This document shows, in pieces, positions 1-31,503 of a DNA stretch of 64,000 bases. The notes beneath the pieces are model-generated. The model did not search any database and was not told where the DNA came from. It was given only the letters and a program-made list of their open reading frames with translations. The position numbers and the translations under genes are program-made. Source of the stretch: Phoronis australis (lineage: Eukaryota; Animalia; Phoronida). The stretch covers positions 863,338-927,337 of the forward strand of contig NMRA01000106.1 of the NCBI GenBank assembly GCA_002633005.1, read 5' to 3'. Positions within the stretch are counted from its first letter, which is position 1. Each line of letters opens with the position of its first letter.

Positions 1-235
1 CTTGATTTGAGACCACTGCAAATTGATGAATTAACAAATTTCCTGAGAAAAAATTCATGTCTGTGGCAAAATTCTAATTTTGGAGGAAGTACACAGTCAT
101 GGAATTGAAAACATCTAAGCATTGCTTCCATGCACATGGTCATCAAGGATTTTAAAAATACAGTTTTGTAAATCTACTAGCCCAGATTGAAATTTTCAGA
201 CTAATTTTTAATTCTAATGGAACTAAATTTCTTAC

Positions 236-3200
236 CTGCAGGGCAGGAACAAGTGAACTGAGTTCCGGTCGGATCGTTAGGAACGTCAACACAGGTAGCC
301 CCATTTTTACATGTGGAATGGACACAACCATCAACATCTTCACAGAACTTTCCCGCGAATCCAAGACAACAGTCACACAAGTAATGATCCTGAAGAAAAA
401 ACATTTAAAGTTGCCCTGTTATAGTATTAAAAGCAACTGTTTTGCAGTCACACTTGCTCTTCCAATGAAATATCCTTAGTCTGAACTGAAACTGGTTCCA
501 ATAATCCATCTGGAACTCAATTAACTGATGTCATGGCCTAAGCCAAAAGCTGGTAGTTGACAGAAGGGGCTGGTTCTATTGCAATTTTAAGTACAGATAT
601 TGGTGATGAAGAAAAAACAAGTGTAACTGCTATAGGTTTAAAGAAATATTGCCAATATGTAGCTAGCCTGTTCTTTATAGATGTCGAAAAGGCATTTGAC
701 ATTATCTGAACTGATCTCAACTTCACTCTGGTGTAAATTACAAGTCCGTCCTGTCTAAATAGACAATGCCATGATCATCACAAAAGATGAACAAGACTTT
801 CTAATACTTTAAGCAGAGCAAAATTATCATTTGAACACTGAAGGAAAGTTAAAAAATTAAGCAAAGTTTTATATGCTCAAATATTTATTTTGTTGACCAG
901 GTGGAAAGCTCAGTATCCTAAAATACAGTGAAACAAAAAGTACCACCCTAAACTCGCAGGTTAACATCCTGAGCACTTAAATTGGGAAACCCTTGAGACA
1001 GGGGGGTGGTGATTACCCAATCAGTGGGCACTTAAACTGAAAATTGACCAAAAGTCGGGGATGGGCGATTACATGGGCATGGGCGTTAACCCGCGAGTTA
1101 ACGCTATATTATTTTGAAAACGTTACTTACGTAAATAGAAAATAATGTAAAATCAACCATTCATAAAACAATTTTGTATCACTTTCACCAATGTCTTGAA
1201 TAGACTTTCTCTGCTATTAATATAATTTAAATATCAATTGTAAAATTTTACCTTAACATTCTACAACATACCGTATAAAAACTTAACACATACCTCTTTT
1301 CTGCGGGAATGGCAGTGCCCTCTAGCGGAGCACATGGGTATGCTATCTGCCTGAGAGCAGATGTGCGTTTTCACCAAAACATCAAGACGTAATCCGTATT
1401 CACACTTAAACTCGGAGTTTTTGGTTTTAGCTGTAACAAAACAAATTTTTTATTTTTAAGATGGAATTTTTTTGAAATTAAAAGCACATGGTGCCCCATC
1501 TCCAGCAATCCAAAATCCCTATCTTAAGCAAATGAGAGGAAAATACAAGTTTATAATGTACCAGTGGTCAATGTTTGTACCATGGTGTAAACAACAGCAT
1601 ATTAGGTGTGACATGTACAGGAGAAAACCAGAACAAACGCATATCCTGTTCAAACTGAAATGTTTCAACAAAAACATAAAGTGAGTTTATTTCAACATAT
1701 TCTACACAACACGACGGCAAATCACATTTTCAGTGCAAATCCATGGCCAGCATCAAGGAGAAACAGATTGTTTATTTGTTCTCATCTCCAAAATGACATA
1801 TGACCCAACCACATGATGAGTCACGGCAGCGTTCACCTACTGTGAATAATCCAGGTGGGCAATCAAACAGGTGTGCTGGTCAGATCAATGGCATCTCATT
1901 TGGTATGCAGTCTGGAACACTGACTAATCAATACCTCCAGCCCCAGAAACTTACCTGAATAATGATGTCAACACTGCCCATAATCAATACTTAACAACAC
2001 CTTGTCAACACTTGCTACATACCACAGGATGACTAAGATTATTTCTAGCATTGCTAATGTCACACTCTTTTTCAAAGGCCCGCCCCCTGCCATTTTTACA
2101 CCAACTTAACTCCAGTTTAACAATCTGCAGGACCTAAGAAAAATATCCAAGTTTGGCTAAGTTTGGAACAACGTATCTTAGTAATAGCTGACCAGATTTA
2201 AATGAAACTTTCAGATTCTATGCTTTACGAACTGTTTGCCTAATTATTACAAATTGTTTTTAAAATGATTCACTTTTATAACTGAAGAGGATCTATAAAA
2301 AATAGGACTTTTATGATTTTGTGAAAAAATCAGAATTTGTATAAAAAATGAAATGGTAATTTAGAAAAAAGTAACTTTGAGATTTCATGTTGAAGATTTA
2401 TATCAAATTTGATCATGTTATTGATGCCATGAATGTGCCTCTGCTCTTTTTGCTAAATTTTACTGAAAAGACATCATGGTAACGTGATCGCCTAATCAAT
2501 GGCAGAATTGTTTAAAATAAAAATCGAATTCGAAAGGCCTTCTATTTCTAGAAAATATAAATTACACTTTTACGGAGTTAAATGTTATAGTTTCGTAGAT
2601 AACAAGTTGAATGCACAGCGTTGCCGATATGGTCCAAAATAACCTGACACGGAGCATTGATGCAAACTAGGAAATCACTTGAATCCTTCAGACTAGCTTT
2701 GGTAGTTAGCAGACAATGAATTAGTGATAGACTTTTGAAGCTCAGCTCATCTAAGTTAAATCAGGATGGTGCTGAAGTCTTATTGTGGAACTCCGTGCAC
2801 ATATTTAAAGCAAAACATCTAGCGTCTGTCATAGACTGTAATTAAAAATAAAAAAAACAAAGTTTATTGATCGTAAATATTGATCTGATTTTGCCTCAAA
2901 ACTCAGCAGGACTAACTTGTCTAGAACAAAACAAATAAAACACAAACAAAAATTATCCCACACCACTAATTCAGTTTTCCTCCTTTTAGTTCCCAAAGTG
3001 CCTCTTATTATTATTATCAAAGTATTTTATTATAATTCATAAACCATTCAGAGCCAAATTTCCAGTAATTTCCTGGAAAAAACAACACAAAAAACCTGAC
3101 CAGATGATACAAATTTCCGCTCATAACAACATTTTGCGCAAGCGTAAAATCGATTAGACAAGTCAGTCATCTGCTGGCCGAGTCCACAGGGGCCAAAAGA

Positions 3201-6200
3201 GAGTCTGTAGACGTGTGCAACCAAAATAACGCGATGAACAATTAGGTGTCACAACATCAACCAAACTATGTCCTCAAAATTATCGCTTTTGTCAGTATTT
3301 TATGACCTGATGCTCAGTGTAACCTTCAATAATAAGTGGGACGTGCCACTGCATATTCAAAAACAAAAACTAACGCAATACGTTCCTAAGGGAATACGAA
3401 AAAACAAAATAACCTAGCCGAGACAAATACTACTGACTCTCACTGATTCTGTCACCTATTCCGTTATTGCATGACACGTTCACATGGGAATACTTGTAAA
3501 CGTTCACATGGGAATACTTGTTCAGTGAAAAACTATTAAAGCACACTCACCAACTTGGGTTCTTACGGAAAAAAATAATTAATGGCCGCCTTTCTTACTG
3601 CATCTATAAATTTCTTGTAATGATGAAGACAGATGTTATGAGGATGCAGAGAACTTTTCATCACACTTTTCTGTGCTTCCTGACTGCTAATCAAAAACTA
3701 AATGTAAGTTTCACAGAGACAAGTCCCCACTGTACACAAGTAGTGACATCCCCTTTACTGATAAAATCAGTATTAAAGTACCACACCAGACCACTGGAGA
3801 CATTGCACAAACATCACAAACCACATCAATAAGCAGCACTGCATTAAAACCCAACAACTAGACTGTGCAATTTCCCAATGGGGCAAAGGGTTCACAATTG
3901 CCTCTGATGATTCAACATTGCATTAACTGTCAATAATTTCACTGAACGCACAGTAAAAAAAACTGATTTATTTTATGTTGGATATGTTGATGGAATTAAC
4001 CTACCAAATATACTAGGCCCGTGATTTCTTTTATTACCCAACAGCACATCAGTGCAATGCAAACGCTGAATTTGTGAGGAGCTAGAGAAACATCTTCAAG
4101 ACATAAAAATCATGAATTTTTTATAGTTAACCCCAAAGCGAATATTCGGAAATACTTTTATGATATCCCAAATGGAAGCCCGGGCAAATGATGCAAAATC
4201 ATGCAAACCATGAACTTTTGATAGTTACTCCAAGTCAAAAGAGCAAATATTCGGAAAATGGCACATTTTTACTTTTGTGATATCTCAAATGGAAGCCCGG
4301 GTGTTCATTCAGAAGCAAGAACCCTATGAATGAAAAATGTGCCAGCGACATAAACGTGGAATGGGGACTTAACGCATGTATAGTGAATGGCAAGGTTAAA
4401 TACTTGTAGATAAACCAAAAGTGGGCTGAAATGAACTATGTCCTGTGTCTCCCACAGCCTTCATTTAATACTCGCTGACATGTCACTTTCAGAAACCCCA
4501 GAAAAAGCAAAACCAGAACCATGGGATGCATTTGAAAAGTACATTTTACAACAACTACCTTCTAAAACTAGAGAAAATCAGCTGCACGATGCCAAAACTA
4601 GAACCAGTCTCTGTAACATGTTGTATGACAAATGTGTCACACAATCCTTTAAGCTGTGTAACAATGCCACACCATGGTGTACAAGCTTCAAGTCATTCTA
4701 GTGACACGTAGCTATGTTTGTACTGTCAATGAACATGATCATTCAGGCTGTGAATTATTACCACTGTGGAAAACACTGTCATCGAGCACGATGGCAAATT
4801 TTCTACTTGAATAATGTGGATGAAAGCAAACAGTGGTGAAATACTATATTACTGAAATATCAAAGTATGTTACATCACGCTTTGCAGAGAATACACGTCA
4901 ATGTGATTTAACGCTTCCGCTGTACACGTTATCTGACTTTGATGAATAAAGAACAAAACCTTTTTGACTCTCCATTCAATTAGCTACACACTGACACTCT
5001 ACTCATGGGATTCATAAAAACAGTGTTAATGTAGTCATAAACTGTACTTAACTGAAAACTGATAGACGCGTCAACTAAACAAGAATAGTTACCCGTCCGC
5101 ACACCTCGCCTTTTTAATATTGGGGAGGCTTGAATTTCTGACGATGTGGACCTTTTACAAACAAAAAACGGGGGGACTAAAAATAGAATGCCACATCCCG
5201 AGCTGTGAATTATGCGTTTATGCCTTTTTAGTGGACTTGTGTCTCGTTTTTTCGCACTTTTTGTTTCTCCGAGGCGGGCGCGCATGTTACTGTTTGGTAA
5301 TTCTTTGGTTATTTTGCACAAAACAATTTGGGGAATTGTTACTTTTTGTTGTTTCACGGGCTGACTACTACTGCACAAATAACAAAAATTACCAATCTTT
5401 ATTTTATGACTACTGTACCATATAAATCATATTTGACGATAAAACCTCACTAATTTCAGACAAAAAGAAATAATTAATATTTACAAATTTGCCATTTTCG
5501 TCATTTTCAGGAGACCCTAACATTGCCATGAATGTCCACAAAATTTTTTAAAATTGTCTGCTGGGAACTTGAACATGAAAAAGGGGTTAGCATTAATCTG
5601 CTGCTACATGAAAAAATGAGAAAATAAAATTTCACCTTTAAAGTGGAACTTGCCAGCAAACTTCTTATCTGTGTGACACCTTGGTCAAATTAGTTAGAAA
5701 CAGCCTATAGCGATGATGTGAACATGAAGTATATTGAAAATTTCCAAATGTTTTTAAGAGCGAGTTTTGTATTGAAAATGATCCGTGTAAATCCCTCAAC
5801 CGTATCCAGTGAGTACCGTGACGTGGTGTTGAGGAATAACACTGCATGATGCAGGCTATGTGAGCCTCCAAGGTACGTCATTAGTGCAAAGGTCGCTTAT
5901 TTGCAAAGTTTTTTGTTTTCACATTTACAAGTTGTCAATAAATACAACTGCATGTTGTTGAAATAGCATTGTCATTTAGTTCCTGCTATACGTTAGCATT
6001 GTTAGGAGCATGCAAATACATCTTTAATGTCCACCAGGTCATATTCTAAGGTGGTACGATGGTACATTTAAAACAAGTAGAATTTCTAATAGTCCATTTT
6101 TGATGATAATTTAGTGGATAAAGACAAATTCACCAGTCACACTTGCTGAACATGCATTTTGCTGTGGAAGTCCAAACTATTCATTGCTTATAGTCACTTA

Positions 6201-9200
6201 ATTCTATTGCCTGTCATTGAACTGTAACAAAACACAAAATATAGAATCTAAGTACCTCATACAGACTAATGTCGCTTTTCTATCTTCCAACTATCAGCTT
6301 ATACAGCCAACATGATGAGCACTCACATCTAACAAATTTTCATCATGTTATTGATACCGTTGTTTTATTATCAATTTACCTTTGAAGTTTTTTGCTAAAT
6401 TTCATGAAAAAGACATAGTCACATAACCTAATTCATGACAAACTGGTAAAATGTCAAAAATCAAATTCTTTAGGATTTCTAATTTCAGGAAATATCCTTT
6501 CACTCAGTTAAAATCCATAATTTTGTATTGTAGAGATTTTGTTCAATACACATACTTGTCAATAAGGTCTGACAAACCAGCAATGGCTTGTCCATACGTT
6601 TTTCAAAGATGAAAATCTCTTAATACCCTGCCTTGTACTCACCTATGAAATAGTTGTGGCCAGGCTGGAGAAAGGTAGAGTTGACCTCAAATGCTTGTAC
6701 GGTCATAGAATCCACGACTGGAGTCCCATGCCCGAAACTGCAGGATGCGAAGTCTTCCTGTGTCACTCTGTACATTCTCATGGGACCCATCATTTTACTT
6801 GATTTAAATCTAAAAAAGCAAAAATGATATCACTTTCTTTCCTTAAATCAAACAATTAATCAGATACAATAGTACTTCATCTATTCACCACAAAATACGA
6901 AAGACAAAAATTTTGCCAATCTTTCTCAACAAAACATCTATTACGAACTTGGTTTGAGAAATAGATAAAAGAAAACTTAGGCAATCATTTTTTGCGAAGA
7001 GAATCAACAACTACTGGAACCTGGATCGATAGTGATCACCATTTCAAAAGTATTCTGGCACTCACCTAAGAGTTAGACCTTGTTGTATTTCTATGGGGAC
7101 CATCTGAACCAATGTCGGGTCATGACCATGGTCACCCGTGACACCATAACATGTCTGTTGGTTGAAGCAGGTATACTGTAATAAGACAATCACAAATTAA
7201 CACACTTGCCATAACTATTACGGTAACCACTTTTCCCTAGTTCAAAAAGTCTAAAGCAAGTATTTATTTAACATTTGTAGCACTTGACTGTTGAGCTTAG
7301 TTCTTGTCAAAGAATCAAAGCGATTACTAAAGCTATTAGCTGCCTAGTTACATTTTTATGATGTGAAAACACAGCAAATAAAGTATTTAATTTTAACTTT
7401 TTGCGTCACCGGTATTGATATAAAAAGTGTTCAGCAGCAGGCCGCAACCCCCTTCAATACTAAAGCAAACATTTTGTACACGCTGGAAAATGGCAAGAAC
7501 TGTGAATGATCCCCAATACGCTTTTGAAAAGCATTTTATGGCTGAATTATGCGGATAACCCAGAAACCCATATGAACATTGTTTCATTATCCACTTATAT
7601 CAGCAGTAATTACCCTAGGCGAATACAATATTCTTTCAATGAACCTTTAATTTCTTTATCTACCTAACTTACTAACAACAACGGCCTAATATAAATTGAC
7701 TTACGGTTAAAATCAATTTCTACTTTGTCAAGGCGGAATTCACTTACAGGATCTTAATGAAAACCTATTGATTAAATAAACTGACAACATGTTGAAAGCC
7801 GAGCAATAACCAGGGATGTCTGCAGTAACTGGATCACGCAAAACGAGCATTTTCAATGAATCCTTAAAAGCTTCATAAGTCACCTGAATTTCACTGTGAC
7901 CAACAACCACCACCAGGTTTGAAATGTTGTTCAGATGTAATAACTTTCAAATAAACAATCATGTTTTTAGTCTAGATACAAAAATAAAATTTTTTTTGAC
8001 AGATGGATTTCAATTTCATCGCTTACAACTTAAAGTTTTTAGAGCTCATATTCATGTTTATTGTTACAAAACCTTATTGCTTTATCCTAATATAACCTTA
8101 TTGCTGCCTTGTGCTCTCCCATTTCACTGTTCTGGATCATTGTCTTTTCACATAGTACTTAATGTTAGTTTACGTAGATTATTTGAACGCAATCGATTTC
8201 GTTTAATTCCGACTTGAATGTCAGAAAAGACACATTTGGAGTATTGCCATTTTTTTAGAATATACAGACATTAGCAACACGGTCACACCATGTTGAGATC
8301 TGAGACCGTTTCCAGCTTATTACTTCTAAGTAGTGATTACGGAAGACTCACAAACCAGACAAGATAATTATTCAGTCACAGACAAGAACCTAATGAGAAT
8401 GATGAATAACCTACGGGAGTCATTATCACTTACAATGATCAATAACTTATGGGAGCCATTATCACTTACAATGATCAATAACTTATGGGAGTCATTATCA
8501 CTTACAATGATCAATAACTTATGGGAGCCATTATCACTTACAATGATCAATAACTTATGGGAGCCATTATGACTTACAATGATCAATAACCTATAGGAGT
8601 CATTATCACTTACAATGATCAATAACTTATGGGAGCCATTATCACTTACAATGATCAATAAACTATGGGAGCCATTGTCACTTACAATGATCAATAACCT
8701 ATGGGAGTCATTATGACTTACAATGATCAATAACCTATAGGAGTCATTATCACTTACAATGATCAATAACTTATGGGAGTCATTATCACTTACAATAATC
8801 AATAACCTGTGGGAGTCATTATCACTTACAATGATCAATAAACTATGGGAGTCATTATCACTTACAAGAATGTTTTCTGAGCACTTCACATCTAATGAAA
8901 TCTTGAAACTAAACTAAACTGCATGGAAAATAATGATGTACAGTACTTCCCAACTTATAACTGAATTTACCAGACAGTGAGCAATGAATGGCAAAAACAG
9001 CTAAAAGAAAATCAGCACATAACTGCTGTAGCACTTTCAATTTTCAAAAGAATTTTACATGTGATTCATCACATTGTAGACTTTAGGATGATTGTACAAG
9101 TCTGTCTGACAAAATTTGATCCATAATGTGCAACTAAAGTCATAAACAACTTAAAAAGAAATCCAATTACTAGTATATATTTTCAAAATTTATTTAAAAC

Positions 9201-9476
9201 GCACGCGAGCACACATAAACTACAAGACTGTACGTTATATCCAGCATCCGTAATCTGGTATGTTTCACTCCTTACCTGGCCGTACTGCCATTCTACTGTC
9301 ATGGCGATTGCCCCAGTGTTGTTTTCCCACCGACTGACACCGGGAGGTGTCATTGACGCCATGCACCCCTCTAGCGAGTCCTTGGCAGTATAACTTGGAT
9401 CCCCATCAGGGATGGCGCCATTCGCGAAAAGGTAGCAGTTGATGAGAAAGAGACTGAAGAACGCCGAATACAGCAT
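236..9476 (-). CDS. EYS (eyes shut homolog)-like secreted EGF-repeat protein, 5' part; continues beyond the left edge
   Basis: Coding exons 9476-9276, 7175-7066, 6809-6643, 1430-1294 and 389-236 are all GT-AG with compatible phases (0,2,1,0,1). Translation: signal peptide MLYSAFFSLFLINCYLFANGA...; LVQMVPIEIQQGLTLRF...MYRVTQEDFASC...VNSTFLQPGHNYFIAKTKNSEFKCEYGLRLDVLVKTHIC...CSARGHC...YLCDCCLGFAGKFCEDVDGCVHSTCKNGATC. From memory, this parallels the vertebrate EYS N-terminus (QICPLQIQLGD...VNSKWLSVGTHYFI...CPLGLRLNVTVK...CSGHGKC) followed by EGF repeats. Confidence 0.8.
925..1105. mobile_element. Degenerate Tc1/pogo-like MITE remnant
   Basis: Imperfect inverted ends AACTCGCAGGTTAAC (~951) and GTTAACCCGCGAGTT (~1085), with internal GGGCGATTAC-type repeats. 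Confidence 0.35.
4110..4302. repeat. Degenerate tandem duplication, ~100 bp unit x2
   Basis: CATGAA..TTT.ATAGTTA...AATATTCGGAAA...TGATAT..CAAATGGAAGCCCGGG occurs twice. Confidence 0.6.
8400..8867. repeat. 36-bp minisatellite, ~13 copies, intronic
   Basis: Head-to-tail unit ATCACTTACAATGATCAATAACTTATGGGAGTCATT with few substitutions. Confidence 0.95.
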
Positions 9477-12186
9477 GTCTGGACTATAGGCACGCTCTGA
9501 AGTTTCACCCACACAAGATGTCTGAGGAAGAAATTAAAATGAGACTTTGTTGATGAGCTTGTACACAAGTCTGGGAAAGTGTGATCAATAATAACTCATC
9601 AGACTACGAAACACGGATGAGGAAGCACAAGACAAGTCATGTGACAGATATCACAAAATAAAATCAACGGCTCAGCTTCAACTAACTAGAAAAGCTTGAC
9701 TTGAATGAGGATATTAGTTAAGACAGAAGTAGAGGTTCAGAGTGTCGCTATTGTTTGGGCAAAATGATGTCATGTTTTCAAGCTAACCACCTCCATTGCG
9801 TCGGAATTATGGCAACCCAAGCAGAAAGAGGCATATGAACCTTTTTGGCAGCAAAATTAAAAATTGTAAAGAGACCCAAGGCATTGACAGCATTCAAAAG
9901 TTTCAACCATGGTGTTTGGCCAAAACAATTCAATTAAAATTCTTAGTAAAATAATTTTAATAAAACATCTTTACTTTTATACAAAAATACCTGGTTGCTA
10001 AAATTTTCAAAGCTTTACTGTGAGAGATCAAATTTTTGCTACATGATAGCTGGAGGCAATTACATACTTAGGAACGCTGGAGTAAAATTTTTATTAAAAA
10101 GAAGAAATGAAATTGAACTTTTCTATCATATCGTGTCCAAATCAGAACAATTATTATCCGTACTTCCATTTTGATGATTATTCTGTGGAGAACGAAAAAT
10201 GCTAAGCCAGGTACAACGAGGTTTGAATTCATTTAATTTTGGTGCATTTACATTTACGACACATTTTAATGTAAAATATGTTTTTTCCTAGCCAGAGTGC
10301 CTACATCAGCAAACTTCAACAAACTTAAAGACTACTGCACCTGTGGAACACACTTGTACATATAACTTGCAAATAAATTATACTGAAGTTGGATTGAATG
10401 CCTTGAATATGCCAGAAAATGACAAATTAGACACAAAATGTATCATATTTGCACCTGCCTGAAGTTGATTTTTGACTGGGATGATATAATATCTTGTATA
10501 TTACCATCAACTGGGTAAGTAGCCATTTTTGCAGTGAGTGCATCACTGCGAATGTCTAATTGAATGCAATTTGAGTCATATCAAAGTCGACATTGGGAAT
10601 TTGCCAAAAGCAAACACTAGACACTGTCAAGATCATTAGTGCCTGACACTTGGCCAGCAGGATCAGTAATCTTGTACCCAGTATATTTTGAAATGGAAAA
10701 CACAAGTAGAGAGTGATTGATGCAAAAAAATGACGTTTATTAAATTGTTTTTCATTTTAACAGGCAAGGTGACTGTCGGTTGATTCCCAAACTTTGCATG
10801 CACCCCGTGGGTTGTGAGTTCTACATGTTGATTTTAGTTAAATTTAATGACGAGGTGATGATGCCCAGGCAGAATGTAATTTCATGATCAATACGAATTT
10901 TACATGCATCGGTTCCTAGCTCTATTTTGATGGTAGTCTTCATACAGCTGGCTGGCTACTATTCATGGTACTGGTATCCTAACCACCAACAGTATAGAAA
11001 CAGGTTATCACATCAGGAGAATTTCAATTGGTCAAAGATGTAAAACTCCAGAGTGGGAGAACTTTCTAGAGTAGGAGAATTTGATTTCACATACTTGAAA
11101 AAAAAATATTAAATGTCACAAAAGAATAGACTTGGTCACTGGTGAATTTTGGATAAATCAAACAATTTTTAAAAGCTCTAGGAGGTTTGCTGTTGCTTGG
11201 TTTGATTGTAATTGCTATGTTGAATGTCATATACAAGAGGTGGTGATTTACAGTAGTCATGTTATTTTTAGGGAACTACTGTACATAGCCTGTAATAAGA
11301 ATGCTCACCCAATCTACTTTTTGACTGATAAAACAGAGTATACTAAACACGATGTATGGAAAAAGTTGCTGGTTAACTATAGCTGCCAAAACTGCATTTA
11401 TTTCCATTTCAGGGGTTTGTCCTGGATGTGCAAGTTGTAAGCCACCTGTATAATATATATCACTGAAATATTGTTGCTTTCACAAGTTTTCAAAATTTAA
11501 GCAAAAATGGGTAATATTTTCTGTGTTATTATTTGCGGAAATTGGACAAAAGACGTTTTGTTCCCAAGGCGGAGGTGGCCAGGAACCAGCTGCCTGGATG
11601 ATGATCCATGTAAGAGGACCAAACTGATCCAAGCCACATAATGTTACCTCATACAGCCTCGGACATTTTTAGGAAGATTAGAGTTGGAAGAACTCAAAGA
11701 CTTAATAAAATTTTATGCAAAATGTTCTATGACCAGGTCTGGACACTTGGTGGCACTCATCTGGCTAGTGGTAAATAGTTCATCTGGCTAGTGGTAATGT
11801 TGACTCTAATTTTACTTTATGATACTTAACATCCTGTGCAATAACAAATCAAGATAGAACCATTCAAATCTGACATAAAAATGTAGATATTTGTGGAGAG
11901 CTTTAACAGAATGGTTTTTAAAAATGTGTCCTTGTGCTGCGAATGATGTAATTGATTTTGCCTCCATCAGTATGTTGGTGCAAAACAAGCACAGACAGGC
12001 AAAACCACATGGGACCCAATAGTTTATGTCAAGCACATCAACCCCACCATGCACAAAGGTGTCAGGCACCCAGAATCAGGGCAATTTTAAACATGTACAA
12101 ACCTAACAGACAATGTTTTGCCATTATTAAGAAATTTATACTGAGAAACAAAGAATTTTACTTAGAATGGGTGTAGTATCTGTAAC

Positions 12187-12344
12187 CAGGGGCGGATCCA
12201 GGATTTTGAGTTAAGGGGGGCCACGACAGAGTAGTAGCCAAGATTTTGCCCATCAGACATTCGCACCCTCGAATTGCCAAAGGTAATCTGGGAGAATTTT
12301 AGGAGGAGCATGGCCCCCTTGGCCCCCTTCTAAATCCGCCACTG
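12187..12344. mobile_element. MITE (~158 bp)
   Basis: Termini CAGGGGCGGATCCAG ... CTAAATCCGCCACTG are imperfect TIRs; the flanks GTAAC/GTGAC form a near-perfect 5-bp TSD. Confidence 0.75.
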
Positions 12345-13174
12345 GTGACCACACATAGAGATCATCAGCGAGGAAAATAATGCATTGTCCCTTACAAGAC
12401 ATGTTCTAGAATTAATGTCCGCATCTCATGGTGGCCCTTGGGAATTCTGGGAAAGAAAAACAATGTCATAAAAAGCATCAAGAGATAAATATGAATCATT
12501 TCATTCGTGAAGATTTTTGCCTTAATTTTATTTTTTAACCCTTGACCTTATTTCCACAGTATCAATTAAAGTCTCCAGGTTCATCTATGGGACCTCAAGT
12601 TTTTATCATACTAAGCTTTGGGAACCTAAAAAATGAACTTGAGCTTTGTCTGTTCACTTAGCACACGACCATGATTCGAACACATCACTATGAAGTATGA
12701 AATAAATTTGGCACTTAGAAGGAAAATTACAAAATTTAGGAGAAGTATTAACAGGATCATCCTTTCACCTCAGTGGAAGATTTAGGGTATCATGAATGAA
12801 AGGGTTCAACAATTTTCATTTTGTGAACTGTGTCCCTCCCCCCCTTAATACACACACAAAAGTACCCGCCGCCCACTACTTGACTACTAGTGTTAGTCGC
12901 AACTTAGCCGGTGCCAAAAGTTATTTTTGTGTTATTTCTACTATTTAATTTTGTCGGCTACCAACAGAGGAGAGGGAACGAGTGCCCTGAGCCCTCCCTA
13001 AATCAGCTGCTGACCATTATTGATAACTACACTACAACACCACACTTAAGCACGGCACGGTTTTAGACAATTGTTGTCAATACTGAATCATGAATTGAGA
13101 GTTGTCATTTTTGACATTTGTGGGCTTTCGTCTCTCGAAATTCCATGACGGGACATCGTTTACTGAAAACTTAC

Positions 13175-13714
13175 CTTTTCACATAATTTCACACTAATCG
13201 CACAATATATACACTACAAGCAAAGGCAAGAGATTCACTATCTCATCAGATAACTGTTAAGCGTTTACAATTGATTTGTTGCGAAAGTCGTTGGATCTTT
13301 AAACAAAGCAACAGCGACACCTTTCTTCCTGGTGAAAAACAAAACGAGAATCTCGTTTACTCTTGATTTTCCAGAAGCACCCCCCAAACATTCTCGGAGT
13401 ATATAAAGGCACATTGGCGCCACCTATGGTTAATTCGTTTTCATTTGACCTGGAAGCGAGAACGAAGAAAATTAGGTAGAACGAATTTCTACATTTTCTT
13501 GTAAAAACCCTCCTTAAAGAAGTACTTCTTATGTTTTAAGCACTGTTTAGTACCTCAACACAACTTTTATGAGACTTTATTATGTTGAAGTTCATTTTTA
13601 TTTCAGATTCTCGTCTTCTAAGTTGTGGCTAAAACACGTCACGGGGAAGTAGTCTGCCCGCGTTATGAAGTGCTGATCCAGCAGAATTGTGGTGCTCCAT
13701 AAAACGATATCAGC
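13175..13714. promoter_or_regulatory. Putative bidirectional promoter and 5'UTR exons of POLR2A (+) and the EYS-like gene (-)
   Basis: TATATAAA at 13400-13407, Inr-like TCATTT at 13441, and a plausible POLR2A 5'UTR intron (donor ~13476, acceptor TTTCAG ~13606). There is a minus-strand donor AAG|GTAAGT at 13175/13174, and the EYS-like ATG exon has an acceptor at 9522 that needs an upstream exon. Confidence 0.5.
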
Positions 13715-31367
<17,653 letters not shown>

Positions 31368-31497
31368 ACTCGTCTTGCTGGGTTGAGATCCTGAGAATCA
31401 CTGACGAGTGCTTGCTGCAATAGCTGCGTCGATTTTCATCGATGTCGCAGAACTGACGAGTTGAATGAATGTGTGAAGACAGTCTCTGGCAGTCAGT

Positions 31498-31503
31498 AAT
31501 AAA
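31498..31503 (+). terminator. Candidate POLR2A poly(A) signal (alternative at 32079-32084)
   Basis: AATAAA downstream of the stop; the second copy is followed by GT-rich TGTGTTGT. Confidence 0.4.

Noticed and set aside
4980-5425. Overlapping 132-aa and 101-aa ORFs in the EYS-like intron
   Set aside because: No recognisable domain; more likely a CpG-richer repeat remnant.
8400-8867. CRISPR-like 36-bp repeat array, and the 173-aa and 79-aa ORFs over it
   Set aside because: The units are head-to-tail with no unique spacers, the context is a eukaryotic intron and there are no cas genes; the ORFs are by-products of a unit length divisible by 3.
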